Positions 1-10,800 of a DNA stretch of 48,062 nucleotides are shown here, in pieces. The notes beneath the pieces were generated by a model. It was not told the origin of the DNA. It saw nothing but the letters and a program-made list of their open reading frames with translations, and ran no database searches. The translations under genes and the position numbers were made by a program. The stretch is from Methylobacter sp. (GTDB lineage: Bacteria; Pseudomonadota; Gammaproteobacteria; Methylococcales; Methylomonadaceae), in assembly GCA_028714995.1 (NCBI GenBank), contig JAQTLI010000001.1, positions 1-48,062 on the forward strand, given 5' to 3'. How positions within the stretch are numbered: position 1 is the stretch's first letter; each line of letters opens with the position of its first letter.

Positions 1-637
1 TGCAGGGTTGTGTTGCCAAGTCCCAAATGGTGTTGATACCAAGCTGATTCAGCTTTGCGGTAGTGCGTGAGCTTATGCCCCAAACCTCGTCAACCGGCAC
101 GATCCGCATCAGCTTTTCCCTGCGCACCGTGTCCGACAAGTCCAGTACGCCACCAGTCTGTTTCCATTTTTTGGCGGCAAAAGTCGCCAGTTTAGCGAGT
201 GTTTTAGTCGGCCCCATGCCGACACATACCGGGATACCGGTTGCCCGGACAACTGCTTTTCTGATCCGGTGGCCGTAAGCAACGGGGTCTTGTTGGCAGA
301 CGCCGCTCAAATCCAGAAAAGCTTCGTCGATGGAATTCGCCTCCAGGCTGGAGGCGAATTCTTCCAATATTGACATTACTCTCGACGAAAAATCGCCGTA
401 TAACGGGAAATTAGAGGAAAAAAGCTGGATGTTATGTTGCTTGATCAAGTGCTGAATCTGGAACACCGGCGCACCCATTTTTATCCCTAAGTCTTTAACT
501 TCTTGACTGCGAGCTATGAGAATTCCATTGTTATTGCTGAGTACCGCTACCGGTTTACCGATCAAATCAGGCCGGAACACACGCTCACAAGAAACGTAGA
601 AATTGTCGCTATCGACCAAGGCGAGGAGGGGTTGCAT
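1..637 (-). CDS. umuC: Y-family DNA polymerase V catalytic subunit UmuC (runs off window start)
   Basis: Hand translation from ATG at 637 (overlaps umuD stop, TAATG): MQPLLALVDSDNFYVSCERVFRPDLIGKPVAVLSNNNG...SSNFPLYGDFS...SIDEAFLDL, the UmuC/DinB motifs. Confidence 0.93.
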   Translation of the reverse strand, partial: MQPLLALVDSDNFYVSCERVFRPDLIGKPVAVLSNNNGILIARSQEVKDLGIKMGAPVFQIQHLIKQHNIQLFSSNFPLYGDFSSRVMSILEEFASSLEANSIDEAFLDLSGVCQQDPVAYGHRIRKAVVRATGIPVCVGMGPTKTLAKLATFAAKKWKQTGGVLDLSDTVRREKLMRIVPVDEVWGISSRTTAKLNQLGINTIWDLATQPC

Positions 638-1083
638 TACAGCGGATGAATAACGTTGGTGACCACGCCCCAGATCACCATTTCAAGCTCTTCGTGGATG
701 GCAATATCGGGATAGGCCGGATTCTCTGCCTTGAGTTGCCATTGACCGTGATCGCGCTCCAAGCGCTTTACCGTCAGTTCGCCGTTTAATGCGCAAATGA
801 CAATCTTCCCCGGCACCGGCTCAATGGAGCGATCCACTATCAGAATATCGTTGGGATGGATGCCGGCACCGATCATGGATTCACCTTGCGTACGAACGTA
901 GAACGTAGCCGCCGGCTTTTGTACCAGCAGCTCGTTCAAATCCAGGGTTTTCTCGACGTAATCATCGGCAGGCGAGGGGAACCCGGCCGCGACTTTGCCG
1001 CCGAATAAAGGCAAGGGCATCATGCCAGGTAGTGGACGAGGCCATAGCAGAGTAAAAGAAGTCGTGGACATAGCGTTTGGCAT
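637..1083 (-). CDS. umuD: UmuD / S24 peptidase, polymerase V accessory subunit
   Basis: VAAGFPSPADDY cleavage region, GESM Ser and LTVK Lys dyad; coupled to umuC. Start may be a few codons downstream. Confidence 0.93.
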   Translation of the reverse strand: MPNAMSTTSFTLLWPRPLPGMMPLPLFGGKVAAGFPSPADDYVEKTLDLNELLVQKPAATFYVRTQGESMIGAGIHPNDILIVDRSIEPVPGKIVICALNGELTVKRLERDHGQWQLKAENPAYPDIAIHEELEMVIWGVVTNVIHPL

Positions 1084-1122
1084 TTATGGGAGAAGGGGAG
1101 GGTATAAAAGAATACATTATTT

Positions 1123-1137
1123 GTTTTCTTTTTGTTC
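1123..1137. promoter_or_regulatory. Candidate LexA box of the GTTC-N7-GTTC type (GTTT-tcttttt-GTTC)
   Basis: One mismatch from the direct-repeat SOS box, in the divergent umuD/lexA promoter; no E. coli CTGT-N8-ACAG box seen there. Confidence 0.5.
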
Positions 1138-1211
1138 TCTTTTTTTGTTGCATTCTAGTATTTTTTTGTTAAGCTTACAAAAAATTAATGCGGGGCGAGA
1201 GGCAACAATTA

Positions 1212-1838
1212 ATGGGTATATTAACCAGACGGCAACGGGAAATCTTTAATTTTCTCCGCGATAATCAGGAACGTTTTGCTTGTCCTCCAAGCCTGGATGA
1301 ACTTTGCGCGGCGCTGGGCATGGCCTCGCGGGGGTCGATGTACAAGCACATCATGGCTTTGATTGAAGCGGGTCTGGTGGAGCCCTTTACGGGCAATAAA
1401 CACGGAGGTGTCCGCCTTACTGCTCAAGCACAGCGAGACGATTCTGTTTCTGAACAGGATTTACCCTTTGTCGGATCAATCGCCGCTGGCAAGCCGATTG
1501 AAGCCGTGGAAACAGATAGCTACATGACCGTACCGAATGCGCTGAAAACCGATAAGCCTTGTTATGTATTGCAGGTTAAAGGCGACTCAATGATCGAGGC
1601 CGGTATTTTTGATGGCGATTGGGTGGTTATCGAACAACGTGATTATGCGAGTAACGGGGAGATAGTTGTCGCCTTAATCGAAAACTTCGAAGCAACTCTT
1701 AAATACATTGAGCAAACAGCAGAGCAAGTGTTGCTGATTCCAGCCAATGCCAATATGACAGCGCTGTCATACCGTCCTGAGCAGGTTGAAATTCAGGGTG
1801 TGTTAGTCGGGCAAATGCGCAGTTATCGTTCTCATTAA
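1212..1838 (+). CDS. lexA: LexA transcriptional repressor
   Basis: N-terminal wHTH (LTRRQREIF...PPSLDEL...SRGSMYKHI), IAAG cleavage site, GDSM and ATLK catalytic motifs; ATG at 1212 preferred over the track start 1188. Confidence 0.93.
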   Translation: MGILTRRQREIFNFLRDNQERFACPPSLDELCAALGMASRGSMYKHIMALIEAGLVEPFTGNKHGGVRLTAQAQRDDSVSEQDLPFVGSIAAGKPIEAVETDSYMTVPNALKTDKPCYVLQVKGDSMIEAGIFDGDWVVIEQRDYASNGEIVVALIENFEATLKYIEQTAEQVLLIPANANMTALSYRPEQVEIQGVLVGQMRSYRSH

Positions 1839-1871
1839 CCATTGTAATTTCAAACCAGGAGAGTCATCATC

Positions 1872-2021
1872 ATGCAAAGAAAAATTCACATGCGGGACCA
1901 GGTTGGCGCTAACAAAATTGAAGCAATTATGAGTCATGATTACGGCAAGTGTTCGATGGAAATGTGGACAGTGAAGTTTGCAGTGGTTGGGGTGTTTCTG
2001 TTGGTGGGGGTGTATTGGTGA
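1872..2021 (+). CDS. Small 49-aa protein with C-terminal hydrophobic helix
   Basis: Hand translation MQRKIHMRDQVGANKIEAIMSHDYGKCSMEMWTVKFAVVGVFLLVGVYW; AGGAG upstream; fills the lexA-SRAP gap. Confidence 0.5.
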   Translation: MQRKIHMRDQVGANKIEAIMSHDYGKCSMEMWTVKFAVVGVFLLVGVYW

Positions 2022-2042
2022 TGAGTCAGATCATGAGTTCTT

Positions 2043-2711
2043 ATGTGTGGCCGCTTCGCGCTTTATAGCGATCCTTTTACCTTAGCCCGGCGTTTTGAGG
2101 CCGAAGCGCTTCCAGAGCTGCGGCCGCACTATAACATAGCGCCGACGCAAAGCATTCCCATTGTGCGGGAGGAAGAAGGAAAAAGGCGCTTTGCGTTGGC
2201 TCGCTGGGGCCTGATTCCGCATTGGGCGAAGGATATAAAGATCGGTTACAGCACCATCAATGCCAGAGCCGAGACTGTGGCCGATAAGCCGGCGTTCCGC
2301 AATGCCTTTCGGCACCGGCGCTGCCTGATTCCGGCAGATACTTTTTACGAATGGCAGGCCATAGCGGGTTCAAAGGTTAAGCAACCCTGGCTTATCGCGC
2401 TGCGGGACCGCGAGCCGATGGCGTTTGCCGGATTATGGGAGCGGTGGCGGAGCCCCGAAGGCGAAGAATTGGAATCCTGTTCCATCATCGTGACGGATGC
2501 AAATGAGATCATACGGCCAATCCATGAAAGAATGCCGACTATTCTTGCACCCGAGGATTGGGATGCTTGGCTTGAAACGGACGCCAAGGATGCGGGAAGT
2601 TTGCAAAGCTTGCTGAAACCTTATCCCGCAGAAGATATGACGGCCTGGCCGGTCAGTACGAAGGTCAATAGTCCGAGGAATGATTCGGTGGAATGTATGG
2701 AGCAGCTTTAA
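2043..2711 (+). CDS. SOS response-associated peptidase (SRAP/YedK/HMCES family)
   Basis: N-terminal MCGRF, YNIAPTQ, INARAET, FYEW, HERMP motifs. Confidence 0.95.
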   Translation: MCGRFALYSDPFTLARRFEAEALPELRPHYNIAPTQSIPIVREEEGKRRFALARWGLIPHWAKDIKIGYSTINARAETVADKPAFRNAFRHRRCLIPADTFYEWQAIAGSKVKQPWLIALRDREPMAFAGLWERWRSPEGEELESCSIIVTDANEIIRPIHERMPTILAPEDWDAWLETDAKDAGSLQSLLKPYPAEDMTAWPVSTKVNSPRNDSVECMEQL

Positions 2712-3277
2712 AAAATTAGCTTTCGATCCAGCATATCCCACAGATACAAAGTCAGGTAAGAACAGTACGGTGCTGCATTTACTTGTAAAAAAGTCTCTAA
2801 TTTTTCACACAGCCTTGGTCGGAAGCACTCGAGCAATATTTTTACCGTGCTTTACATATCGCCCGATTTATTTCTTTGGGTAGTCTAATTTTCACGGTAC
2901 GCGAGCCCAATAACATAAACACCGCATAGTAAATTTTGAGGCTCTTTACGGGCAAATTTTCAAGGTTGTTAAACTGGCAGGCACACAGATTTGTTCGACA
3001 AGTAATTTTAGCCGCTAAAATTTTTTGTTTCGCCTTTGGGCGTTATGTTAAATGCACGCTAAAAATAGCGTTAGTGTCACCGTCAGCCAACGACCCATTG
3101 CAGGCAGTCAAGCCAGATTCTCAAATGGCAGCATACACATGGACAGCGGACAGTAAACTCTAGTTAATCAACTGGCACTATCAGTCATTGTGGACGGTGC
3201 CTTATCGCTTTTTCCAAAGTTTTGGTGCTTTGGATGTCACTGTTAACGGCAAAATCAGTATAATTATTTTCAATATT

Positions 3278-3315
3278 GGGGTCTGCTCACGAAACGGAAA
3301 AAATCGTACGCTAAG
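3278..3315 (+). repeat. Tn3-family 38-bp terminal IR (Tn21/Tn501-like)
   Basis: GGGGTCTGCTCACGAAACGGAAAAAATCGTACGCTAAG. Confidence 0.9.
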
Positions 3316-3319
3316 CTAA

Positions 3320-3431
3320 TTGCACAAACGAACGTTTGTGCAACGATCACGGGACCTCCGTCCAATAAGGCATTGCGGCTTGCATAAATATATTGCATAA
3401 TGATATTTATTTGCAACAGGTTTCTGCAACA
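3320..3431. other. res site for the serine resolvase
   Basis: Perfect palindrome TTGCACAAACG-AA-CGTTTGTGCAA (3320-3343) followed by TGCA-containing accessory half-sites up to the resolvase ATG. Confidence 0.7.
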
Positions 3432-3992
3432 ATGCTGATCGGTTACGCGCGTGTTTCGACCCAAGACCAAGATACCGATGCACAAATTGCTGCATTAAAA
3501 ACTTCCGGGTGCGAATTGATCTTCCAGGAAAAAGCCTCGGGTGGCCGTTGGGACAGGCCTGAGTTGCATCGTTTGTTAGGGCAATTGCGTAAAGGTGATG
3601 TGTTGATGGTCTGGAAACTCGACCGTCTGTCACGTTCTTTAAAAGATGTGTTGCACCTGATGGAGAAAGTTGAACAAGCCGGTGCCGGTTTTCGTAGCCT
3701 AACCGAAGTGATTGATACTACTTCGCCTAGTGGCCGAATGATGATGCAAATGGTAGGAACTTTTGCAGAGTTCGAGCGTGCGATGCTGCGTGAGCGCACA
3801 CAAAATGGTCTTGATGCGGCACGAAAGCAAGGCCGAGTCGGTGGTCGCCGCCCAAAACTCAAGAAGCATCAGCAAGATGAAATCATTAATCTGGTCAACT
3901 CTGGGCAGAAAAACGCAGCGGATGCTGCCAGATTATTTAATGTCCATCCTGCTACCGTATCGCGTATTCTCCAACGCGATAAAATTCCTTAA
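3432..3992 (+). CDS. tnpR: Serine recombinase (resolvase) with C-terminal HTH
   Basis: MLIGYARVST, KLDRLSRS, AEFER, GGRRPK; stop codon lies inside the right IR. Confidence 0.93.
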   Translation: MLIGYARVSTQDQDTDAQIAALKTSGCELIFQEKASGGRWDRPELHRLLGQLRKGDVLMVWKLDRLSRSLKDVLHLMEKVEQAGAGFRSLTEVIDTTSPSGRMMMQMVGTFAEFERAMLRERTQNGLDAARKQGRVGGRRPKLKKHQQDEIINLVNSGQKNAADAARLFNVHPATVSRILQRDKIP

Positions 3993-4025
3993 CCGGGTTT
4001 TACGTTCCATTGCTCCCTAAACCCC
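3988..4025 (-). repeat. Tn3-family 38-bp terminal IR (second subtype)
   Basis: Reverse complement GGGGTTTAGGGAGCAATGGAACGTAAAACCCGGTTAAG. Confidence 0.88.
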
Positions 4026-4048
4026 TACCTGCAGACAAGCGATAGTCA

Positions 4049-4375
4049 TCACCCAATTACAACTTGTTTCTCGCATTCCCCCAAAACAGTGATTGTGACG
4101 ACGACATTTAACGGTGAGTCCCAGTCCACATGAAGGTAGAATTCCACACCTCCAGCTTCTCCGCCTGGGTCGCCATGGGGACCGATGTTGGTCACATAAA
4201 TATTGGCTTCGCCAAGATTAGGCCTTCCCGGCAATGGCTCGGAGGGATCATGACCAGGCCCCCATTCTGCAGCCGTGATCAACACGGCTGATGTCCGCGA
4301 GATAGGCGGCCAGTTAAAGTTGGCCCGGATCCTGCCCTGCATTTGTCTGTAGACTACTCGTATCGACTCACTCAT
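4049..4375 (-). CDS. Hypothetical 108-aa beta-rich protein
   Basis: Strong RBS AAGGAG before ATG 4375; globular-looking sequence (GPHGDPGGEAGGVEFYLHVDW). Confidence 0.7.
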   Translation of the reverse strand: MSESIRVVYRQMQGRIRANFNWPPISRTSAVLITAAEWGPGHDPSEPLPGRPNLGEANIYVTNIGPHGDPGGEAGGVEFYLHVDWDSPLNVVVTITVLGECEKQVVIG

Positions 4376-4821
4376 TGGTAGCTCCTTAACTTGTGTGGTG
4401 TTGCACTGTTGCACTGTTGCATTGTTCCCGGACTAGCACACTTTCCGGGACGGATCAAAGGTTTTCTCTACCTCTGCTGGAACACGCGTTTTGCTTGTTA
4501 AAAATACTTTCGGCTTCCTTTAGAGCCTGTTTTTGAGATACGGTTTCATTATTAGCTGTCTGTTTCTGGCCCAAAATAATCTCGGGGTATCGATGGCGCG
4601 GAGGGCGCAGTAGTCTCATCGATGATGACTTCCTCTGCCCCAAGTACTTCGCTAGGTTCAAATCAACCAGCTAATATGGTCTAAGATGCGTGCGTCGCCA
4701 CTTTTCCCGCCTACACCTGTCTTCGAGTACCCGTACTAGAAATCGCACAAACCTAAATACGTCGCGAAATCAGCCATCTTTTTCCTGACCTGCCCGTGGG
4801 GGCAGGTACGCTGCACAACAG

Positions 4822-7800
4822 TCAGCGTGCTCCGGGAAGGATGGTAAACACTTTTTCGCCCTCGATAGCTTCTATCGCTAACCCGTAAAACTCGGGAAGT
4901 CGAAATGCACAACGTGGACAAATGCCAATTGTGGTCACCCCGCGAAGCGGAGTATATCCCAATTCTAAAGCTCTTGTGAGGACCGTTTCCTCCGCATGAG
5001 CACCATATAACTTGACTGGCACTAGACCTCTTGCTGAAGCATAGATCCGTTGCAATGGTGATAAATCTTGAACACCGCCCGCAACGAGTCGTATTCCCTC
5101 CGTAGTTTCGAGGACGGCTATCGTTTGCTTAAAGCCTCCGCTGCCGACTGAACTGACGGCGTGTGCCAGTTCTTCTGAGCTTGCGGTGGAGGAGAGAATT
5201 CTGGCTAAGCCTCCGGGGACAATTTTGAGCTCTCCCACCACAGGAATTACGGCGAGTATCGCGCTGCCAGCCGCTATGCTTTTGCTTGTGGTCGAGGCTT
5301 TCTTATCAAACACTGTTAATACGTCTTTCACAAAATTCCGATTAACATGCAGCGGATCCACCAGATCACGAGCCGTATCAAGAGCAGCCTTCTTAAGGTT
5401 CTGCCCAAGGCCTGTAAGGGCATGGCTCGCCACAGAAGGCTCATCAGAGGATCCGGATGCTGAAACATCGCCGCGTTTAGGCGCAAAATCTTGTGGCACC
5501 GATGGTATCGGAGTTGTCGGTTCCCGCGGTATACACTCTGTGCCAAGGCAGCCATTGCCCCCGGCCTGTTGTAACGTTTCGTTCCATGCTGCCTGTTCTT
5601 CGGGAGTCCTTGGGGGAGCGTCGTAAACGTCACTATCTAATCCCATGGGGTCAATAGAGCTAAACACCCGCCCACCAACATACGCATAAGGATTCAGATC
5701 ACTCCCAAACCCATGAATGGTCAATGGATCGGCGCTCATGAACCGTCCCAGGTGCGGCTGGTAATACCTGGCCCCAAAGTAGTACGCCCCGACTTCGATA
5801 TCCTCCTCCTTGCCAGTGAACTTGTACGGTTCTCGGAAAGCCTTCCCCTTCGAGGGCCGATAGTCGCTTTCGACAGCGCCGTACGGCAGATAAGTCGTGC
5901 GTTCGACGAGTTCGCTGTTCGCATGATTGATAACGACAGAACTTGAACCGAGGTGATCGCCCATGTTCAGGTGCATCGTGATCAGTGAAGCGGGAGCCTG
6001 GTGAGGGAATTGATTCTCGGTATCCCAAAAGACATGAGCCATCCCTCCTAGGTAAGCATGCAGATTATCGGGTTTTACTTCGTAGTTTTCATCAGTTGAG
6101 TCAAACGAAGCCTGCTCGACCCTTAGCGTGTCGAATACCTCAAGCGTGTGCCGGGTTACGTCAGTTGCGTCGACCACGCTTTTGCGAACCCGCGCGCCTT
6201 GCGAATAGGCATAGGTTAAATCCCAGCTCGGCTTTTCAGCGGGTAGAGCATCTGGTGAAGCTTGGGGCGGCAGTGCGCTCCCATCGAAGTCCCAACGTCG
6301 AGCACGGGCAAGCTGTCCAACTTCGTCCCAGTCATAGGCAAACCATTGTGCGCATTGGTCGGCGGCACCGGTTGGACAGTTACCAGGGCGTGTGAGTTTG
6401 AGATCGGACAGATTACCCGCCTCATCGTAGCGTACCTGTAGACCTTCGCCTGATTGTAACTGATTCGGCCCATTCACTGGTGTGCCATAGCCAAGATTAG
6501 GGCCCAGTGACCGGTCGTAGAGTACCTTGAGATCGTCCGAGGATGCGGTGAGGTTCCCTAGGCCATCGTAATCGAAGGTTTGTTGTGTCACCCGTGTTGG
6601 TAGCGATCGCAACGGTACCGGATGGCGGTCGCCTGTATTAATCTCGGACTCAAACGGGGAGCGCCACGGAGCTATCCCACCCGGAACTTTGTAAGTATTG
6701 TCAATACGGGTCAAACGATAGAGATCGTCGTATTCCATCTTGCGTTTCTGCACGGGTGCTGCTTCTGGCGGTAATGGATTCGATGTAATGCTGCTTATTA
6801 AAACTTTGCTTATATCTTCAATGACCTGAGGGTTACCGACCTCGTCGTACGCTGAAAAGCGGTAATCGAAGTAGGTGAGTGCGGATAACCATAGCGGTGG
6901 ATACGACTTGGTATTGGTGAGGTCGTATCGTGTGAGCCGCCGTCTGCCATCATACTCTAGCTTCGCTCGCGTCCCGTAGTAATCACCATAGGTGATGCTG
7001 TTGGGCGCGCCGTCGGGATCATACACTATTTTCTCGACGAGGGAACCGTAGGAACTGTAGATACTGAGCGGCAGTCCATGAGGGGAGTATGTGTAACGCT
7101 CTTCACTAGTTCCGTTCATGAGCAATTCAGCAACATCCACTCCGGTTGTCCGACGCTCGAGCCGGTCGCCAAGGTCGAAGTCCATTCGCGAAGTGAACCA
7201 GTGTGGTGCATACGGCGAGCTATTGCCCGAGGCATCCGGCTTTGCAACTTGTCGAGAGATCCGGCGAACCCGGCCGCGTGCGTCATAATTGAAGCGTGTG
7301 TGGCTGCCGCGATCGCTTACGGCGACGAGATTACCCAGGGCAAATTTCGGGTCGTCTGTGAAACCCGGCTCGGGGCTGACCTGGTCAGCCTCATATGTAT
7401 CGTAGCGGTAAAAGGTTTCAAGACCCTCGCCCGTCGCCAGGTTTGGAGAAGTGTATGCCGGTTGTGAGGCGAGACACGGGGAGTAATCCTCACCGATCAG
7501 ACGATTGAGTCCGTCGTAATGGAAGTTTTCACCGCAGCCGCGCGCATCGCTTGTGCCGAGCAATCTCCCGGCGTCATCCCACGCATAGCGCCAATTGTTG
7601 CCGGTGTTGGGTTCCTTGTTAACTATCAGTCGCCCGAGACTATCGTATTCCATTGTGCGCTTATAGGTATTGCCTGCGTGTATACGTGTAATGGCGCCCG
7701 GCTCGCCCGTAGGTTTGTATTCAACGGTGGTAACGATATTATCAGCGATTGGATTTCCAATGTGCTGAACGGCTCTTTTGCTGCGTCCGTGTCCATCGAA

Positions 7801-10800
7801 CTCGAGGCGCTGAAATGCCTGTCCATGTATGCCTCCGGTCTTGAGCTGTTCCGCATCGCGGGTTTCGAGTGCGAGGGGGAAATAACTGGTGCGCATAAGC
7901 TCTATAGAGAAGGTAGAAGCGCCAGTCGTGCCTTTTTCTTTCATAGAGGCCTGGCGTCCGAAACCATCATAGTTAATTTCGAAAAACGCGTTATCTGACG
8001 GAACCGGTAAATTGTTTGCGTTAACCGCTGTGGCGATGGGATCACCGGTGTAGGTCCAGGGACGGCGTGCCTTTACTACTTGACCTGTTAGATTGGTCTC
8101 CCTCCAGCCATTCAATATCCAGTCGTTGTTGTCTCCCTGGTCGAAAGCAACAACGGGTTCACCCAGACCATTCAAGATAGATACCGACCGAGTGCTCTTT
8201 CCGAATCCTACATTGCGCCGCACATCGACCAGACTTAGAGGTCTTCGGTCAATGTAAGCAATGGTTGCGCCTAATACAGGATTCTGGTTGCCTGAGGTAG
8301 CATTCGGATTGGGCAAGTAAACTTCAATCGGTCGTCCGAATTGATCATGATGAATGTCGCTGGAACTCCCATTCGGTGCTATCGAACTTACGACCTGCTC
8401 AAAACCGCGATCGAATATAGTCTTTGTCTCCAGGGTTGAGCCCGCGCACCCGTCTGTAAAACGTTCCACGAAATTGGGCAGGTATTGATAAGGACCATCA
8501 TAGATAATAGCTGTGCAACTGGCCGGTGAGCCGCCAGAAGACTGACCGCTGGCTATCTGGATAGCATTACCCCAGGTGTCATAATTCAATGTGGCGAGCG
8601 TGTGCCAGCCATTGTTGAGTGATTGACCAGGAGGCTTTGGGGCAGTGCTGTTATTACCCGCCGGGTGATGACGATCGAGAGATATTGATTGATCATCGAG
8701 CCAGCCCTCGACAGATTGGATATCTTTCGTGGCGTCATTGTAGGTGAAACGGGATTTGCGTAGGAGTTTATCTGGATGAATACCCCCCAAGACTGGCCGG
8801 GGCTCCCAGATGGAGACAAAGTCTGGTAAACATTGCCAATCGGGCGTGCAGGGGAGGATCTCAGGTGTATCAAGCGAATTACTCGGACCATCGGGATGAG
8901 CAGTACCTTTTGGTGAGAACAGTGTAATCGTGGTTATGTCTGCGACATCGGTTGGCTTGCTATCTTCATCTTTGACAGCCCCCTTGTCAGTGACTCTTTT
9001 TAGAGTTCCCAGCTGGTCATACTCGACCAAGCGGCTTAGGTGTTTGCGGATTCCTTTCTGGTTAGGGGCATTCTCCAACACATCACCTCCTGCCACTTCA
9101 TCACCTCCAGCTATGGGGGAGATTTTCCCACCGCGTTTTGTAGGCTGAGCATCATCGTAGAGATACGTGTCAATTTGGCTAGGGTATGAAAACGTCACCC
9201 GTCGGTCAGAGCGATCAAACAAGGTTCCGTTACCGTATTGGAAAGTCTTTGTCCATAGGAGTTTTGGCCCACCTCTTTCCAGTTGATGACCCCAATCGTA
9301 ACCAGTATTTAAGAAAAAGGAAGCATTGGCTCGATCAATACGCACAGCTCGGCCGGTAAGGGATTTATAAGTATCGTCGTCGCTACCTTCCGGGCAAAGG
9401 GGTATATCTTGAGTATTTAATGCATTATTTTGGCACGGCCCAAACCAATAAGTTGTCGCGGTTGTGGCCATTTCATCGCCATAGTGTGCAAAGACCTTGC
9501 GGAATCCTACAAAGCTCCGTGACCAGCGATCGTAGGCGGGGTTTTGGTAAGCATACTGTGCCGTACGCTTGAACTCATAAGGTGCTGAGAATTGAGTACC
9601 ACTTGGATTATTCGCATGGTAACTGTCCTGAGTGATAATCTGGGTGACGATGTTTTCAACAACTGGGGAATGATACTCCCATGCAACTGCGGGGCCTGTC
9701 TTTTTCGCTGCCAGGTCGAGTTGTTGTATGGTCTGATACTGGATATCAGTCGTCGCACCGTAGCCGTTATGGATTCGTGCCAGTAATCCAGGCCTAGGTG
9801 CTCCACCTGTACCTATGCTCGGAACAATAAGAGGCGGAGTCTGCATAAATAGGCCAATGTAGGCACCTCGGTTCGTGAGAATGACGATGTCGTCGGTACC
9901 GTCAGCATTCATGTCGGCAAAGGTCGTCCGGTGATCGCCAAAGTTAGAGCTAATGATAGGAGTTCCAGTACGTTCGTCCAAAACCACACCCACCACGCAA
10001 GATCCTGTCACGCACGCAAAGGTGTGTCCGTCCTGGTTGACCCACAGTCTCACTTTTCCCGTATATCTGTCATATTGCACAATGTCTGCAAGACCATCTG
10101 CCGTGACATCGTGGAAGAAAGTATCTTTTTCGAGCTCATGTTGATACTCGCTATTAGAAGGCCAGAGCGCTTGGGATCCTAACATCTCAATTTCATATAT
10201 GGCTGCAGCTTCAGTAGGCAATTCTTTACAGGGCCAAGGTTGTAGCGAGCCAATACACATAAATTCGCCGTAACCGTTACCGGGTCTTACCCGTGGAATC
10301 CCACTGCCATCCTTCGGATTTATGGTGACAAGATCAACCAATCCATCTCCATTTACATCAATATAGTAAAACTTGGTGCCTCTTTTTGAACCTGCCACAT
10401 TAGGAGCAAGACTATGAGGTAGTTGAGCAGGATCGGAAACAAAAGGAACCTGAGCGGGCCCTTCGCCCTGAATAGGCAAAGGTTCATGCTTAGCATAGCG
10501 TTGAGTAAACTGGACAAAGGCTGTATCGAAATCAATAGCTGGCTCACCGGTTGAATCGAGTCGATCTACAAGACCATCTCCATCAATGTCCGAGAACCAG
10601 CGGGGCACACGAGGTGACCCTAACTCAGGTTGATCAGAGGGGATAGGTGGATCTTGCTCTGACTTGCCAGGGGCGCGTTTTGGCCAGTCATTGTCGTGTG
10701 TTTTTTCCCATTTCCAGCCTGGATGGAAATCGGCCTCTTTGAAGTCGTAAGGTCCGGCTTCAACCTTGAACAATTTACAGCCAGTTCCTGGTTGAAACTC

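Larger units (their letters stand above)
3278..4025 (+). mobile_element. Non-autonomous Tn3-family mini-element (IR, res, resolvase, IR)
   Basis: 38-bp inward-facing Tn3-type ends at 3278-3315 and 3988-4025, of different subtypes; no transposase; flanks ATATT and TACCT are not a target duplication. Confidence 0.7.

Noticed and set aside
4455-4921. Short ORFs 4455-4661 and 4736-4921 as toxin immunity genes
   Set aside because: Non-ATG starts, no clear RBS, non-globular composition; one overlaps the toxin tip.
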